Shown in pieces: positions 17,890 through 28,443 of a stretch of DNA of 32,000 nt. A program made the position numbers and the translations under genes. Under the pieces are notes generated by a model. It did not search any database, was not told the origin of the DNA, and worked only from the letters and a program-made list of their open reading frames with translations. This DNA comes from Okeania sp. (lineage in GTDB: Bacteria; Cyanobacteriota; Cyanobacteriia; Cyanobacteriales; Microcoleaceae): the NCBI RefSeq assembly GCF_035285525.1, contig NZ_JAYKGW010000067.1, positions 1 to 32,000 of the forward strand. The letters run 5' to 3'. The stretch's first letter is position 1. Every line of letters starts with the position of its first letter.

Positions 17890-19134
17890 GTGAAAATATT
17901 CAGAACACTTGAACCTCAGCAACAGCGGAGTTTAATAATTTTATTCTTGGCTGGCTTATTATTTTGGTCAAGTATAACCACTTTACTACCTATTTTGCCT
18001 CTTTACCTAGATTACATCGGAGGTACAAAACAACAAATCGGTTTTGTGATGGGTTGCTTTGCTGTGGGACTATTACTATCAAGGTTGATTTTAGGACCAT
18101 TAGCTGACACCAAGAGTCGAAAGTTGGTCTTGATAGTTGGTACAACTGTAGCAGCGATCGCTCCACTTGGCTATTTACTGCTCAAGTCTTTTCCTTTATT
18201 AATGGCAGTTCGTGCTTTTCATGGTATCAGTATGGCTGGAATGACCATTGGTTATATTGCTTTAGTAACTGACTTATCTCCTCCTGGTCACCGAGGAGAA
18301 TTAGTTGGTTATATGAGTTTATGTAATCCAATAGGTATGGCTATTGGACCCGCGATCGGTGGTTTTTTATTAGAAGCTACTGGGTATGTGACTTTATTTA
18401 TAGTTTGCTCTACTTTAGGAATTATGAGCTTATTGTGTAGTTTGCTAGTTTGGGAGCCACATTCAATAGTAGAAAAAAATTCTCACTCCCATCAGTTTAA
18501 GCAACAAAATTTCTGGCAAATATTGGGGAGTCGTAGAGTTTTGGTTCCCGCTTTTGTGATGTTGATCATAGGCTTAGTCTTTGGTACAACTGTTACTTTT
18601 CTACCACTGTATATCCAGACAAATAACATTCCTTTGAATGCTGGACTTTTTTATACTGCAAGAGCGATCGCTAGTTTTATCATGCGTATTTTTACTGGAC
18701 GAGCTTCTGATAAATTTGGTCGTGGCGTTTTTATTAGCGGGGGACTGGTATTTAGCTTCTTGGGTATGTTAACTTTATGGTTAGCAAATAGTAGCAATAT
18801 GGTTTTACTAGCAGCTATTTTTGGTGGTTCTTCTGCTGGTTTAGTTTTACCAATGATGATTACTTTAATGACTGACCGATGTCCTCCAGATCAAAGAGGT
18901 AAGTTTTTCTCTTTTTGTATTGGTGGGTTTGATTTAGGATTAGCTTTAGCTGGACCTACTTTCGGTCTTATTGCCGAACAACTTGGTTATAGAGGTATGT
19001 TTGCTCTTGATGCTGGCCTTGCTTGTATAGCAATAGTTGTATTTATTACTTTATCAAATAAAGACTTACCCCATTCCATCAGATTTGCTTTTGGTCAGGG
19101 GCAAGATAATTATTCTGTTTCTGTTAATCACTAA
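17890..19134 (+). CDS. MFS-family transporter
   Basis: 414-aa ORF (GTG start in the track). About 12 hydrophobic spans. MFS loop motif GPLADTKSRKLVL after TM2 and a second GRASDKFGRG after TM8. Confidence 0.85.
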   Translation: MKIFRTLEPQQQRSLIILFLAGLLFWSSITTLLPILPLYLDYIGGTKQQIGFVMGCFAVGLLLSRLILGPLADTKSRKLVLIVGTTVAAIAPLGYLLLKSFPLLMAVRAFHGISMAGMTIGYIALVTDLSPPGHRGELVGYMSLCNPIGMAIGPAIGGFLLEATGYVTLFIVCSTLGIMSLLCSLLVWEPHSIVEKNSHSHQFKQQNFWQILGSRRVLVPAFVMLIIGLVFGTTVTFLPLYIQTNNIPLNAGLFYTARAIASFIMRIFTGRASDKFGRGVFISGGLVFSFLGMLTLWLANSSNMVLLAAIFGGSSAGLVLPMMITLMTDRCPPDQRGKFFSFCIGGFDLGLALAGPTFGLIAEQLGYRGMFALDAGLACIAIVVFITLSNKDLPHSIRFAFGQGQDNYSVSVNH

Positions 19135-19215
19135 AATAGGCAATCACCACTAAACATTTATCAAGAAAATTTAAACTTATTGTAATAAATGCTAAAAGCT
19201 AATTCCTATTTAAAA

Positions 19216-19288
19216 CGGGCTTGGAGGGATTCGAACCCCCGACCTCATGGTCCGTAGCCACGCACTCTATCCACTAAGCTACAAGCCC
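19216..19288 (-). tRNA. tRNA-Arg, anticodon ACG
   Basis: Reverse complement: GGGCTTGTAGCTTAGTGGATAGAGTGCGTGGCTACGGACCATGAGGTCGGGGGTTCGAATCCCTCCAAGCCCG. Acceptor GGGCTTG/CAAGCCC, anticodon loop CT-ACG-GA, T-loop GGTTCGAATCC. Confidence 0.95.
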
Positions 19289-19350
19289 TTTTTTTTGGCA
19301 GTAAGTTTTTTTGACTGCACTAATAATTAATCATAGCACAAATCAAAAAA

Positions 19351-19851
19351 ATGACAAGGGGTTTTTCTAAATTTCAGCAAAATTTAACTCATTTGGATTC
19401 TGAGGGTGGAGTCCAAATGGTAGATGTATCTGCTAAAGTGCCGACTGTGCGTGAAGCTGAGGCAGCGGGACAAGTGCGGATGTTGTTAGAAACTTTTGAG
19501 GCTATTGAAGCAGGTAATAGTCCCAAAGGTGATGTTTTGGGTACTGCTAAGTTGGCCGGAATCATGGCAGCCAAGCAAACAGCCCAACTTATTCCTTTGT
19601 GTCATCCTTTGCCTTTACAAAAGATAGATGTCCAGTTAATTCCTGATCGGCAGTTGCCTGGATATCAGATTCGGTCACTGGTGAGGACTAAGGGGGAGAC
19701 TGGGGTGGAAATGGAGGCTTTGACGGCGGTTTCTGTGGCTGCTTTGACTTTGTATGATATGGCTAAGGCTTTGGAAAAGTCTATTTGTATTGAGTTAATT
19801 CGTCTTTTGAGTAAGAGGGGTGGGAAGTCTGGGGATTATGTTTCTAAGTAG
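19351..19851 (+). CDS. moaC: Cyclic pyranopterin monophosphate synthase (molybdenum cofactor biosynthesis protein C)
   Basis: 166-aa ORF with MoaC hallmarks: [69 protein letters not shown]. Confidence 0.93.
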   Translation: MTRGFSKFQQNLTHLDSEGGVQMVDVSAKVPTVREAEAAGQVRMLLETFEAIEAGNSPKGDVLGTAKLAGIMAAKQTAQLIPLCHPLPLQKIDVQLIPDRQLPGYQIRSLVRTKGETGVEMEALTAVSVAALTLYDMAKALEKSICIELIRLLSKRGGKSGDYVSK

Positions 19852-19900
19852 GGAGTAGGCAATGGGCAATAGTTGCAAAAAGATTCCGGTTGTGCGTAGG

Positions 19901-20050
19901 GTAGGGGTGGGTTTTGAGCAGAAATTTTCATGAGTAATCTCAGATATACATAAACCCGCCCCGTTAGACTATTGTTTATTTCATAGGGGGCGGGTTTATC
20001 TGACAGAAGCGTGAAAACTCGTTAACTAACTTGTGAACCCCCCCCTACAG
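19901..20050. repeat. Family C hairpin repeat cluster downstream of moaC; may also serve as its terminator
   Basis: gtaggggtgggtttt, then aaacccgcccc (19951-19961) pairing with ggggcgggttt (19987-19997). Segment 19987-20026 is an inverted copy of 182-221. Confidence 0.8.
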
Positions 20051-20200
20051 AGCCTGATTTAATGCACCATTTTAGAGGATTATACCTGGAATGAAGAATC
20101 AAAGTCCAAAATAAAATTTGGGTGGGTAAAATAAATATTGCTAAGTTGCCTTTACAATAGTTAAAGAAATTGAACCGTAATTAAATTTTTTTTTAATATT

Positions 20201-20467
20201 ATGCCTCCTCGTTGGCCTCGCAAACCTGACCGTAATGACCCAGAGTTCCGGAAGTTGGATGACCGAATGAATTTTGCGATTCATGTAGCCATTTTGGCTG
20301 CAAGTAATTCTGGTTTATGGTTTTTCCGTAATCTAACAGCAGCAAATTGGCCTTGGGCTATCTGGGTGACTGGTGGTTGGTTATCTTTATTATTAATTCA
20401 TGGGGTATATATTTTTGCTCTTGCAGATTATACCTCCATTTCCCAAGATTCTATATCAGATAATTAG
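20201..20467 (+). CDS. Small membrane protein, 2TM-domain-like
   Basis: 88-aa ORF with two hydrophobic spans. The pattern FAIHVAILAASNSGLWFF...WPWAIWVTGGWLSLLLIHGVY resembles the 2TM domain family. By eye only. Confidence 0.5.
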   Translation: MPPRWPRKPDRNDPEFRKLDDRMNFAIHVAILAASNSGLWFFRNLTAANWPWAIWVTGGWLSLLLIHGVYIFALADYTSISQDSISDN

Positions 20468-20536
20468 AGTGATTATTTAGCTAAAAAATTTAGGTTTAAT
20501 TATTCTTGTTATGACTAAAAAATTAGCTCTCTATTC

Positions 20537-20675
20537 GTAAGCATTTAGCCATCAGCGACTAGCTATTGTTTTTGATTTTAGATGAAATTTTTTTATTAAT
20601 TGAGTGGAAATTAAAACCTATTACAGAATCAAGGTTTTATGGCTGATAGCTGACAGCTAATAGCTGAATGCTTAC
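20537..20675. mobile_element. MITE-like element, family B, sitting between two 90-bp direct repeats
   Basis: Ends gtaagcatttagccatcagcgactagctattg and ggctgatagctgacagctaatagctgaatgcttac are inverted repeats. Confidence 0.65.
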
Positions 20676-20768
20676 TAAATTATTAATTCATGGGGTATAT
20701 ATTTTTGCTCTTGCAGATTATACCTCCATTTCCCAAGATTCTATATCAGATAATTAAAGTGATTATTT

Positions 20769-20945
20769 GCAAGCATTCAACCATCAGGAATCAGCAATCA
20801 ACTATTACTTTTAGTGAGTGATAAAAGCTTAATTAATAAAGCTATAAAAATTTTACTATAAAAGTCATGTCTAAAATCTATATTCACTTAAAATCTATCC
20901 TTAAACATAGAGTATTATTGCTGATAGCTAATAGCTGAATCCTTA
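20769..20945. mobile_element. MITE-like element, family B (diverged)
   Basis: Left gcaagcattcaaccatcaggaatcagc; right gctgatagctaatagctgaatcctta. Confidence 0.55.
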
Positions 20946-21300
20946 AAAATAGGGAATTATGAAAAAAGTATTTTGGCGCTCTATGAGATGCACCAAAGAA
21001 AATTAGTTTTAATTAGGTTTTGCTGATTAAATTTGAATGTATTTACAGATAAAGGTTTTAGTCTTTTTAATCTACCCATTGCTAGCAAGATGCTAAAAAC
21101 ATTTAATTATTAATATCTGTACTTCATATAATTGGAATCTGCCGTATGTTGTAAATAATTGCTGATTGCTATAATAACCGATCTAGGCTTACCCACAAGG
21201 AAAGCAATTTCAAAGTTTGAGATGGCTGCGATGTCGCTCCCAATCACATAAATATATTGTTTTGCGTAAGTCCTGTCATAAATAATAACTAATAAATAAA

Positions 21301-21603
21301 ATGAGTAATACAACACAAATAATTGAGAGTTTAGCAGCAGAAATAGGAGATAAAGTATATATTGATGTTACTGGTTGGCATCTATATTTATCTGATGCGA
21401 AATTACATTTAACTTTAGCAGAAAAGTTTTATCCGATTTTGGCTGAGGATGTTCCTTCTGAAGTTCAAATTGTAGAAATATTGCATAGTGTTTCTGTTAA
21501 GTTAGGTGCTGGTAGAAAGGAAGTTCCTTTGATAGATTTATTGCCGATAAAATGTCAGGATGATTTAATGGAAGTTTTGGCAGAGTTTCGCGAAAAAATG
21601 TAA
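21301..21603 (+). CDS. Conserved cyanobacterial hypothetical protein (DUF3181-like)
   Basis: 100-aa ORF. AAEIGDKVYIDVTGWHLYLSDAKLH...KLGAGRKEVPLIDLLPIKCQ resembles, from memory, a small protein widely conserved in cyanobacteria. Confidence 0.5.
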   Translation: MSNTTQIIESLAAEIGDKVYIDVTGWHLYLSDAKLHLTLAEKFYPILAEDVPSEVQIVEILHSVSVKLGAGRKEVPLIDLLPIKCQDDLMEVLAEFREKM

Positions 21604-22357
21604 TTTTAGGTAAGTATTTTCTGCGGAATGCTGCCCAAACAACAGTTAGCTATTAGCTTCAGATATTTTACTTTTAAAGCAGCAAAAAACTTACGGGAAA
21701 TTATGAATGACCATCTCTTTTACAGCTCCCATAAATCCTAACTATACTGTAAGGATGTTGTATGCCAAGTCCCTACTAACCTAGCAAAAAGAATTTTTCA
21801 GCAAACTCTAATTAGGTTATTTGTTTCAGTAAATTTTTAGAAGCAACCTAATCTTTTTTTGCTATTCTTTAATAAAAAAGTAAACCGATTGTGTAGAGTT
21901 TTTTCAAGTATATATAATTAATTCAGCACTCAATAATTCTCAGGATAATCTCAGGATTAATTATTATTATATTAACTTCAAGTAACTAATATTGTAAGCA
22001 TTCAGTCGTTAGCTATTAGCTAGTCTCTTGCAGAGGAACTTTGTGAACAGCTATTAATTGTGAAAAAGGTAAAATAACCCTTGAAATTGAGAAACAATAA
22101 AAAGTTACTGTCGAAGCTCCTGTGCCAAAACTTAGAAGTAATTATTCGGGTGCATCTCAACTCTGAATAAAGCCAAAAACTTACTGCTTTTAGAGAAAAG
22201 GAAATAGGGAAAAAGTATTTGGGATCTCTATGAAATGCACCCAATTATTCATTATTCATTTAAACACTATTTAAGAGCAAAAAGTCTTGTTCCTGACAGC
22301 TAATAGCTATGGGCGCGAAATTCTTACATAATAACTTAATAACTGAAACAATCGACT

Positions 22358-24619
22358 ATGACTACCTCAAATATTGCTAAAAAATCTCTCAAAAATAATT
22401 TTAAGAATCTAGTTTTCCTGAAATTACGCTTGCCAACATTATTCTTAACAGGAGGAATAACACTATTAACAATTATTGTAATTGCTTGGTTAACTGGAGT
22501 TGGTCAGATAGATGAATTTTTTACTCAAATTAATTACTTCCAAGAAAATCCACCCATGTGGGTACAAATACCAACAAATAATAGTAAATATTTAGTTTTG
22601 CCGACAATTTTACTATTTTTAATTGCTCAAGGAATTATGAAAATTTCCCCTACTCCGAAAAATTGGTCGCGAGTTCTCGTAGTAGGAATTTTATTAGGTT
22701 TAACCATTCGTTATTTATCTTGGCGATCGCTCTCAACCTTAAATCTAAATAACCCAATAAACGGTATATTTAGTTTGGGGTTATTAGGTCTAGAAATTGT
22801 AACAATAACTAGCGGAGTTCTAGGTTTATTGTTAATGTTTAAAGTCAAAAATCGTCAGAAAGAAGCAGATTATTTTTCTCAAGCAATTTTAGATAAAACT
22901 TTTCAGCCATCAGTAGACATATTGATTCCTACTTATGATGAAGCAGAATTTATTTTAGAACGTACCATTATTGGCTGCCAAGCTCTAGAATATGAGAATA
23001 AAAAAGTTTATTTGCTAGATGATACTAATCGACCAAACGTGAAAAAATTAGCAGAAAAATTAGGCTGTGAATATATAACTAGATATGATACTTCTCATGC
23101 TAAAGCCGGAAATTTAAACCACGCCATTACCAAAACAAATAGTGAAGTTATTGTTATTTTTGATGCTGACTTTATTCCTACAAAAAACTTTTTAACTCGG
23201 ACTTTAGGATTTTTCCAAAATGAACAACTTGCCCTATTACAAACTCCTCAAACTTTTTATAATATCGACCCCATAGCTAGAAATTTAGGTTTAGAAAATA
23301 TTATAACTCCAGAAGAAGAAACATTTTACCGACAAATTCAACCTATGAAAGATAGTGCAAATGGAGTTTTGTGTGCAGGAACTTCTTTTTTAGTCAGACG
23401 AAAAGCTTTAGAGTCAGTAGGAGGGTTTATAACAGAATCAATCTGTGAAGATTGTTTTACAGGAGTTCTTTTATTAGCTAAAGGTTATCAGTCAGTTTAT
23501 TTAGAAGAAAAATTAAGTGCTGGTTTAGCTGCAGAAAATATTTCTTCTTATGCTACTCAAAGATTAAGATGGGCAAGAGGAACCTTACAAGGATTTTTTA
23601 TTAATTCTAATCCTTTAACAATTCCTGGATTAAATATTGGTCAAAGATTGTCTTTTTTAGAAACATTTTTTAGTTGGTTTACTAGCATTAGTTATGTCGG
23701 TTTTTTATTCATGCCATTAGCTTATGTTTTTCTTGATGTAATTCCAATTAAAGCTTCTGCTGGTGAATACTTATATTTCTTTTTACCCTATTATTTCGCA
23801 AGTTTTACTGTATTTTCTTGGCTAAATCATCATTCACAATCATTAATTTTATCAGGTTTGAATCATATTATTTTAGCTTTTCCTAAAGCAATAACAATAA
23901 TTAAAACTTTCCTAAATCCATTCTCAAAAAAATTTAAAGTTACACCAAAAGGAATTAAAAGCGATCGCTACTATTTTAATATAAATTTAGCCTTGCCTTT
24001 AGTCATATTTTTAGTTCTGAATAGTGTAAGTTTATTTTTTAATTTGTACAACAACTATATAAATCCAAGCTGGGAAGTAAGTGAACAGATAGAAAATTTT
24101 AATTTAGGATTATTTTGGAGTGTGTACAATATTTTGATGATTTCGGGAGCATTATTAGCAATTATAGATGTACCAAAACAAGACATATATGAATGGTTTA
24201 ACTTGCGAAGAGTAGTTAAATTAAAAATTGGGAACCAGATATTTTGGGGTACTACTAAACAAATGTCAGAGGTAGGTGCTGAGATAGAGATTAATCAAAA
24301 ACTTCCTGATAGTTTACTGGCAGAAAATTTGTCTTTAAGATTGAAAATTATTCCAGAAAAAATTGATTTACAAGCTGATATAACCAATATAGAAATAAGT
24401 GAAAATTTTCCTTGTCTCAAAGTAATATTTAAGGAAGTAAACATATCTACAAAACGGCAATTAATAGAATTATTATTCTGTCGTCCTGGGCAATGGCAGC
24501 CATTAAAAGCACCAGGCGAATTAAAATCTTTATTATTATTATTTCGAGTATTGTTGAAGCCAAGATTTATCTTTGAAAGAAAACCAAAAAACAAACCAAT
24601 GGAAGTTAGTCAACTTTAG
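22358..24619 (+). CDS. Cellulose-synthase-like processive GT2 (BcsA/CesA-like) with a C-terminal PilZ-like domain
   Basis: 753-aa ORF with N-terminal TM helices. Motifs: ILIPTYDE, YLLDD, HAKAGNLNHA, IFDADF, QTPQTFYN, LCAGTSFLVRRKAL, CED (at the TED position), QRLRWARG. More TM helices follow, then LRRVVK ... QMSEVGAEI (PilZ-like, 24190-24480). Confidence 0.85.
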   Translation: MTTSNIAKKSLKNNFKNLVFLKLRLPTLFLTGGITLLTIIVIAWLTGVGQIDEFFTQINYFQENPPMWVQIPTNNSKYLVLPTILLFLIAQGIMKISPTPKNWSRVLVVGILLGLTIRYLSWRSLSTLNLNNPINGIFSLGLLGLEIVTITSGVLGLLLMFKVKNRQKEADYFSQAILDKTFQPSVDILIPTYDEAEFILERTIIGCQALEYENKKVYLLDDTNRPNVKKLAEKLGCEYITRYDTSHAKAGNLNHAITKTNSEVIVIFDADFIPTKNFLTRTLGFFQNEQLALLQTPQTFYNIDPIARNLGLENIITPEEETFYRQIQPMKDSANGVLCAGTSFLVRRKALESVGGFITESICEDCFTGVLLLAKGYQSVYLEEKLSAGLAAENISSYATQRLRWARGTLQGFFINSNPLTIPGLNIGQRLSFLETFFSWFTSISYVGFLFMPLAYVFLDVIPIKASAGEYLYFFLPYYFASFTVFSWLNHHSQSLILSGLNHIILAFPKAITIIKTFLNPFSKKFKVTPKGIKSDRYYFNINLALPLVIFLVLNSVSLFFNLYNNYINPSWEVSEQIENFNLGLFWSVYNILMISGALLAIIDVPKQDIYEWFNLRRVVKLKIGNQIFWGTTKQMSEVGAEIEINQKLPDSLLAENLSLRLKIIPEKIDLQADITNIEISENFPCLKVIFKEVNISTKRQLIELLFCRPGQWQPLKAPGELKSLLLLFRVLLKPRFIFERKPKNKPMEVSQL

Positions 24620-24650
24620 CTTCAATAATTAATAATGAATAATTAATAAT

Positions 24651-25112
24651 TAGGGTTGGCGTATCGAAATCTAAAAGTCTTGACAGATAGAGATTTTAGG
24701 CTTTTTAAGTCATGAAAAGTACCTGGTTTTGAGCTTCTGAATGCACAGTTCCCAAAAAATCAAAAAGTTAGTACTTTAGGCACATTAGTTGGGCAAAAAA
24801 AATACTTTCCTGCTCCCCTGCTCCTAAAAAAAGACTTTTTCAGAAGATGGAGTGATGGGGAGTAATTTTGTTCCCCAACTCTTCCCTAAAATACGCTCCT
24901 TTTTAAACACCTAAAAAGTTGAACTTTTTCATAACCTTAAAAAAGCTCAAACTCTTAAAGAAGATTCCATTTTGGTTAAAATACACTGACCCAAGCAAGA
25001 TGCACAGTTCCCGAAAAATCCCACTGACAGAATTTAATTATTAAACCTGTACTTCATCTACTTGGAATTTTCCATAGATGTCATATTTTTCATACTTTTT
25101 TAGCAAACCCTA
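24651..25112. mobile_element. MITE-like element(s), family A; possibly a composite of two copies
   Basis: Left tagggttggcgtatcgaaatctaaaagtcttgacag; right tagcaaacccta. The internal motif ACAGTTCCCrAAAAATC occurs twice (about 24755 and 25005) and also in the copy at 28794-29065. Confidence 0.6.
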
Positions 25113-25113
25113 A

Positions 25114-26073
25114 TTATTCATTATTCATTATCAATCTAGTTCTCAAAATATCAGCAATAGTAGAACAATAACTCGGCATTTCAAAAGTTGTAGGATTAAT
25201 AGGATTTTGATATGTAAAATGGCGATACTTTAAACAGAATCTATCCCAAACTCCTATTTCGATTTTAAATACTAAAATTATGATCTCTATTAACCAAGGA
25301 GCCAAACTAAAACGGAAAAATATTCCTTTGTTCAAATATTCACAAATCTCCTCAACAACCTGATTGACTGTAACTTTATCATTCCCTAAAACTAACTTTT
25401 GTAATTCTTTTGACTGAGGTGGATTTTCTACTAAATAACTAACCACTTCAGCAATATCAGCAGCATGAATAAAATGGAAACTACCATCAACCTTTAACCA
25501 TTTAATCAAACCAATATATTTAACTATTTCTGGTAAACCAGCAGAAATATGAGAATATGGTTTTTCTTCATCTCCTCCAAAAACTAAAGTAGGAAAAAGA
25601 CAAGTTAAAGGCGGTATATTTCTTAATCGAGATAACTGATACATACAATCATGCTTAGAGCGAATATAGTCAGTACCAATCTCTCCAGCTTTTCTGAGTA
25701 ATCTATTATTTTGATCAAGGATACTAGCAGTAGAAAAATAGATGATATTTTCACATATTTCTGGATTTAGTAATTTGATTAACTTGAGAGTTGCCACCAC
25801 ATTAATATCAAAAACTTCCTGCACATTTCCCCAAGCAGTAGCAACTAAAATTGCCACATTAATTTCTTTTAGTAAGGATGAAAATTTATCAATTTTTCTC
25901 AGATTTGCGTTTAAAATATTAATACCAGGACGAGCTTTATAGTCAACTCTTAATTTATCTGGGTTCCTAACTAATAAGTAAAGTTCGTGGTCAGTATTTT
26001 GAATTAAAGATTCAACAATATAATGACCAATACATCCACTAGCACCCGTTATGAAAATCTTTTTATGATTCAT
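25114..26073 (-). CDS. NAD(P)-dependent epimerase/dehydratase (extended SDR) family protein
   Basis: 319-aa ORF. N-terminal Rossmann motif KIFITGASGCIGHYIVESL, and Y..SK in DYIRSKHDC. The last residues (LIMNNE*) are encoded by an ATTATTC heptamer tract. Confidence 0.8.
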   Translation of the reverse strand: MNHKKIFITGASGCIGHYIVESLIQNTDHELYLLVRNPDKLRVDYKARPGINILNANLRKIDKFSSLLKEINVAILVATAWGNVQEVFDINVVATLKLIKLLNPEICENIIYFSTASILDQNNRLLRKAGEIGTDYIRSKHDCMYQLSRLRNIPPLTCLFPTLVFGGDEEKPYSHISAGLPEIVKYIGLIKWLKVDGSFHFIHAADIAEVVSYLVENPPQSKELQKLVLGNDKVTVNQVVEEICEYLNKGIFFRFSLAPWLIEIIILVFKIEIGVWDRFCLKYRHFTYQNPINPTTFEMPSYCSTIADILRTRLIMNNE

Positions 26074-26080
26074 ATAAATC

Positions 26081-26110
26081 AGTTATTAGTTATTAGTTAT
26101 TAGTTATTAG
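26081..26110. repeat. Heptamer tandem repeat (AGTTATT)x4 in the 5' leader of the SDR gene
   Basis: agttattagttattagttattagttattag is read directly, 8 nt upstream of the start codon (minus strand). Confidence 0.9.
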
Positions 26111-26401
26111 CAAAATTTGTAGTGGACTGACACAACTAAAACTGTGCAGAACACTTTTTTCGTATAGTTCTTTTGATAGGAAGATTTAAGTGTTTTTTCT
26201 AATTTAACATTTAAGGTGTGTCAGTCTAGTCAGAAAAATTCACCACTCACCTCCTTGGATGGGGTGCTTCAGAAAATGAATTTAATTTCTATTTCACAAA
26301 ACAAAATAAGCTTAAATTCTTTCACCATAAACTTAGGGGTAGATTAGAAACCCACCCCTACGAAAAAATCATATCAACCTCGAAACTTACCTTAACTGAA
26401 G

Positions 26402-27466
26402 TTAAGCAGTTAACGGTAATAAATTTCTTACCTCTTTAGCAGTCTTAAAGAAGAACTCTACATTTTCTTCAGGAGTCTTCTGCAAAACACCATGTCCTAA
26501 ATTTAATATATGACCCCGGTTACCAGCTTTACGAATAGTTTCCAGAATACGAGACCTAATAAACTCCTTAGAACCAAACAATACACCAGGATCGATATTT
26601 CCCTGTATACCAATATTTCTACCAAGCCGTTGTCTAGCTTCCCCAATATCCACAGTCCAATCTACACTCACAATATCAACACCAGTCTGAGGCATTCTCT
26701 CCAACAATCCAGCACTACCATTAATATATAGAATAAAAGGAGTATTAGGATGAGTCTTCTTAACCTGCTGCACTACCAATTTTTGATAAGGCAAAGCAAA
26801 AGTTTCATAATCTTGGGGACTAAGTTGGCCTGCCCAAGAATCAAACATTTGGATAACTTGCGCCCCACTATTAATTTGATAACGAGCATAAACAGCGATC
26901 GCCTCTGCCAGTTTAGCCAAAAATTGGTGTAACATTTCTGGCTCACAGAAAGCCATCTTCTTAATATTTGTATAATCTTTGCAACTCTTACCTTCAATAG
27001 CATAAGCAGCTAAAGTCCAAGGTGCCCCAACAAAACCTAAAACTGCTGCCTCATTCTTAACTTCTCTTCTGAGAACCTGTAAAATTTCTCTAATAAAAGG
27101 TAGAGACTCTTCCGGTTCGATAGGATGAAGTTGGTCAATTTGAGATTGAGTGCGAATAGGGGGGTTGATAATCGGTCCTTTACTTTCCACAATATCAAAA
27201 TCAATCCCGATTGCCGGAAGAGGAGTTAAGATATCTGAGAATAAGATTACTCCATCAGGCTTAAAAGCGTGGAAAGGTTGCAGAGATATTTCCACAGCAA
27301 TATCTACATTTTCAGAACGCTCGCGAAATGATGGATATTTATCTCGTAAATCTCGATAAGCTTTCATGTAGCGTCCCGCTTGTCTCATCATCCATACAGG
27401 AGGACGCTCTAATAATTCACCGCGAGTTGCTCGTAATAAATAGGGTGTTTGGCTTAATTCTGCCAT
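26402..27466 (-). CDS. hemE: Uroporphyrinogen decarboxylase
   Basis: 354-aa ORF with the canonical N-terminal [12 protein letters not shown] motif, plus [20 protein letters not shown] and GHILNLGHG. Confidence 0.97.
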   Translation of the reverse strand: MAELSQTPYLLRATRGELLERPPVWMMRQAGRYMKAYRDLRDKYPSFRERSENVDIAVEISLQPFHAFKPDGVILFSDILTPLPAIGIDFDIVESKGPIINPPIRTQSQIDQLHPIEPEESLPFIREILQVLRREVKNEAAVLGFVGAPWTLAAYAIEGKSCKDYTNIKKMAFCEPEMLHQFLAKLAEAIAVYARYQINSGAQVIQMFDSWAGQLSPQDYETFALPYQKLVVQQVKKTHPNTPFILYINGSAGLLERMPQTGVDIVSVDWTVDIGEARQRLGRNIGIQGNIDPGVLFGSKEFIRSRILETIRKAGNRGHILNLGHGVLQKTPEENVEFFFKTAKEVRNLLPLTA

Positions 27467-27640
27467 ATTTACTGTACCTTTTACTTCTAAAGTCTTTTCT
27501 TTTAATTAAGGCTCAACTGAATATTGTCCTGATTCGATAAGTTTACAGGGATGTGACATTTGTGGGAATAGTTAAGTTTGAATTGTAACGAAAGTTTACT
27601 TAAAAGAAGGAAGTGTAGTAGGAGAATAGTGATTCATTAT

Positions 27641-27875
27641 ATTAGGTGTTGATATAAGGAAACCCAAGCAAAAAAAGAGTCTATCTCAATTTTTTTCTCC
27701 TTTGTTTTGCCATCTTTATTAGGTAGCGCTCTCACTTAACCTAACCTACTTATCCATTATTAACTTGTAGGTTAGGTTGACAAAAGAAATCCAACCAAAA
27801 TAATAGACTCTCTCAATTTTTCTCCCTTCCTTTTCTTATATTTCTTAGGTAGCGCCCTCCCTTAACCAAACCTAA
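27641..27875. repeat. About two copies of a ~127-bp tandem unit containing family D-type hairpins
   Basis: gtctatctcaatttttttctcc...ttaggtagcgctctcacttaacctaacctac (27677-27749) matches gactctctcaatttttctccc...ttaggtagcgccctcccttaaccaaacctaa (27804-27875). gtaggttaggttgacaaaagaaatccaacc lies between them. Confidence 0.75.
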
Positions 27876-27897
27876 TTTATTCTCGACAAATTATCAA

Positions 27898-28443
27898 TTA
27901 CTCTATTTCTTTATTTCCTAATTCAAAGCCATTGTCTTTAATATAAACATAAGGAATAGTTGTTGCCTGAAAATCAACTATATTAGCTGAGTTTTGTACC
28001 CACTGACAATAAAGTGGATTTAATTTTTGATAAATTTGTTTGAGAGTTTGTATTTCCGCTTCAAGTTGATTAGCCGTTTCGTTAACCTTTTCTACTTGTT
28101 CCTGTAATTTTTTTCCCCCCTCATAAACTTGCTGTTGTAACTCCAACCATTCCAGTCGAGATTTTTTCGGTTCTAGAGTACTTTTTTTCTGATTAAGTTC
28201 TATTTCTAATGCTTTAAGAGATTGATTAATTTCTTGCATTTCTGCTTCGCACTTTGCAGCTTCTTCAGTATTTTTTTGACGAAACTCTGCTAATGCTTCA
28301 GGAGTATTATTTTTAGGAAAGCTAACATTTATTTGAAAAGAGGAACGTTTTTGACGAAGTGTATATATTTGGGTTTGTAAAGTTTCTATTTCTGTATTTA
28401 AAGTTTCTACTTTTAACTTTAGTTCAGCTATATTTTCTATCAT
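27898..28443 (-). CDS. Coiled-coil hypothetical protein
   Basis: 181-aa ORF. Heptad-rich, E/K/Q-rich sequence (LKLKVETLNTEIETLQTQIYTLRQ...). No recognisable catalytic motif. Confidence 0.6.
   Translation of the reverse strand: MIENIAELKLKVETLNTEIETLQTQIYTLRQKRSSFQINVSFPKNNTPEALAEFRQKNTEEAAKCEAEMQEINQSLKALEIELNQKKSTLEPKKSRLEWLELQQQVYEGGKKLQEQVEKVNETANQLEAEIQTLKQIYQKLNPLYCQWVQNSANIVDFQATTIPYVYIKDNGFELGNKEIE

Noticed and set aside
19389-19574. 61-aa ORF antisense to moaC
   Set aside because: It is nested antisense in a confidently identified gene.
21110-22244. ORFs 21110-21316 (-) and 22020-22244 (-)
   Set aside because: They are AT-rich, low-complexity ORFs. The second lies across family B/E repeat sequence (gggtgcatctc... 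inverted repeats). The first overlaps the start region of the DUF3181-like gene.
26334-26360. Hairpin taggggt-N13-accccta downstream of hemE as a rho-independent terminator
   Set aside because: The stem is only 7 bp and the minus-strand tail (agtttatgg) is not U-rich. More likely a degenerate family C repeat, so it is not listed as a terminator.
24295-27540. Antisense or nested ORFs 24295-24594, 25742-25942, 26510-26731, 26750-26932, 26773-27003, 27150-27359 and 27328-27540
   Set aside because: All overlap the cellulose synthase, SDR or hemE genes, which have strong motif support. None has its own signature.
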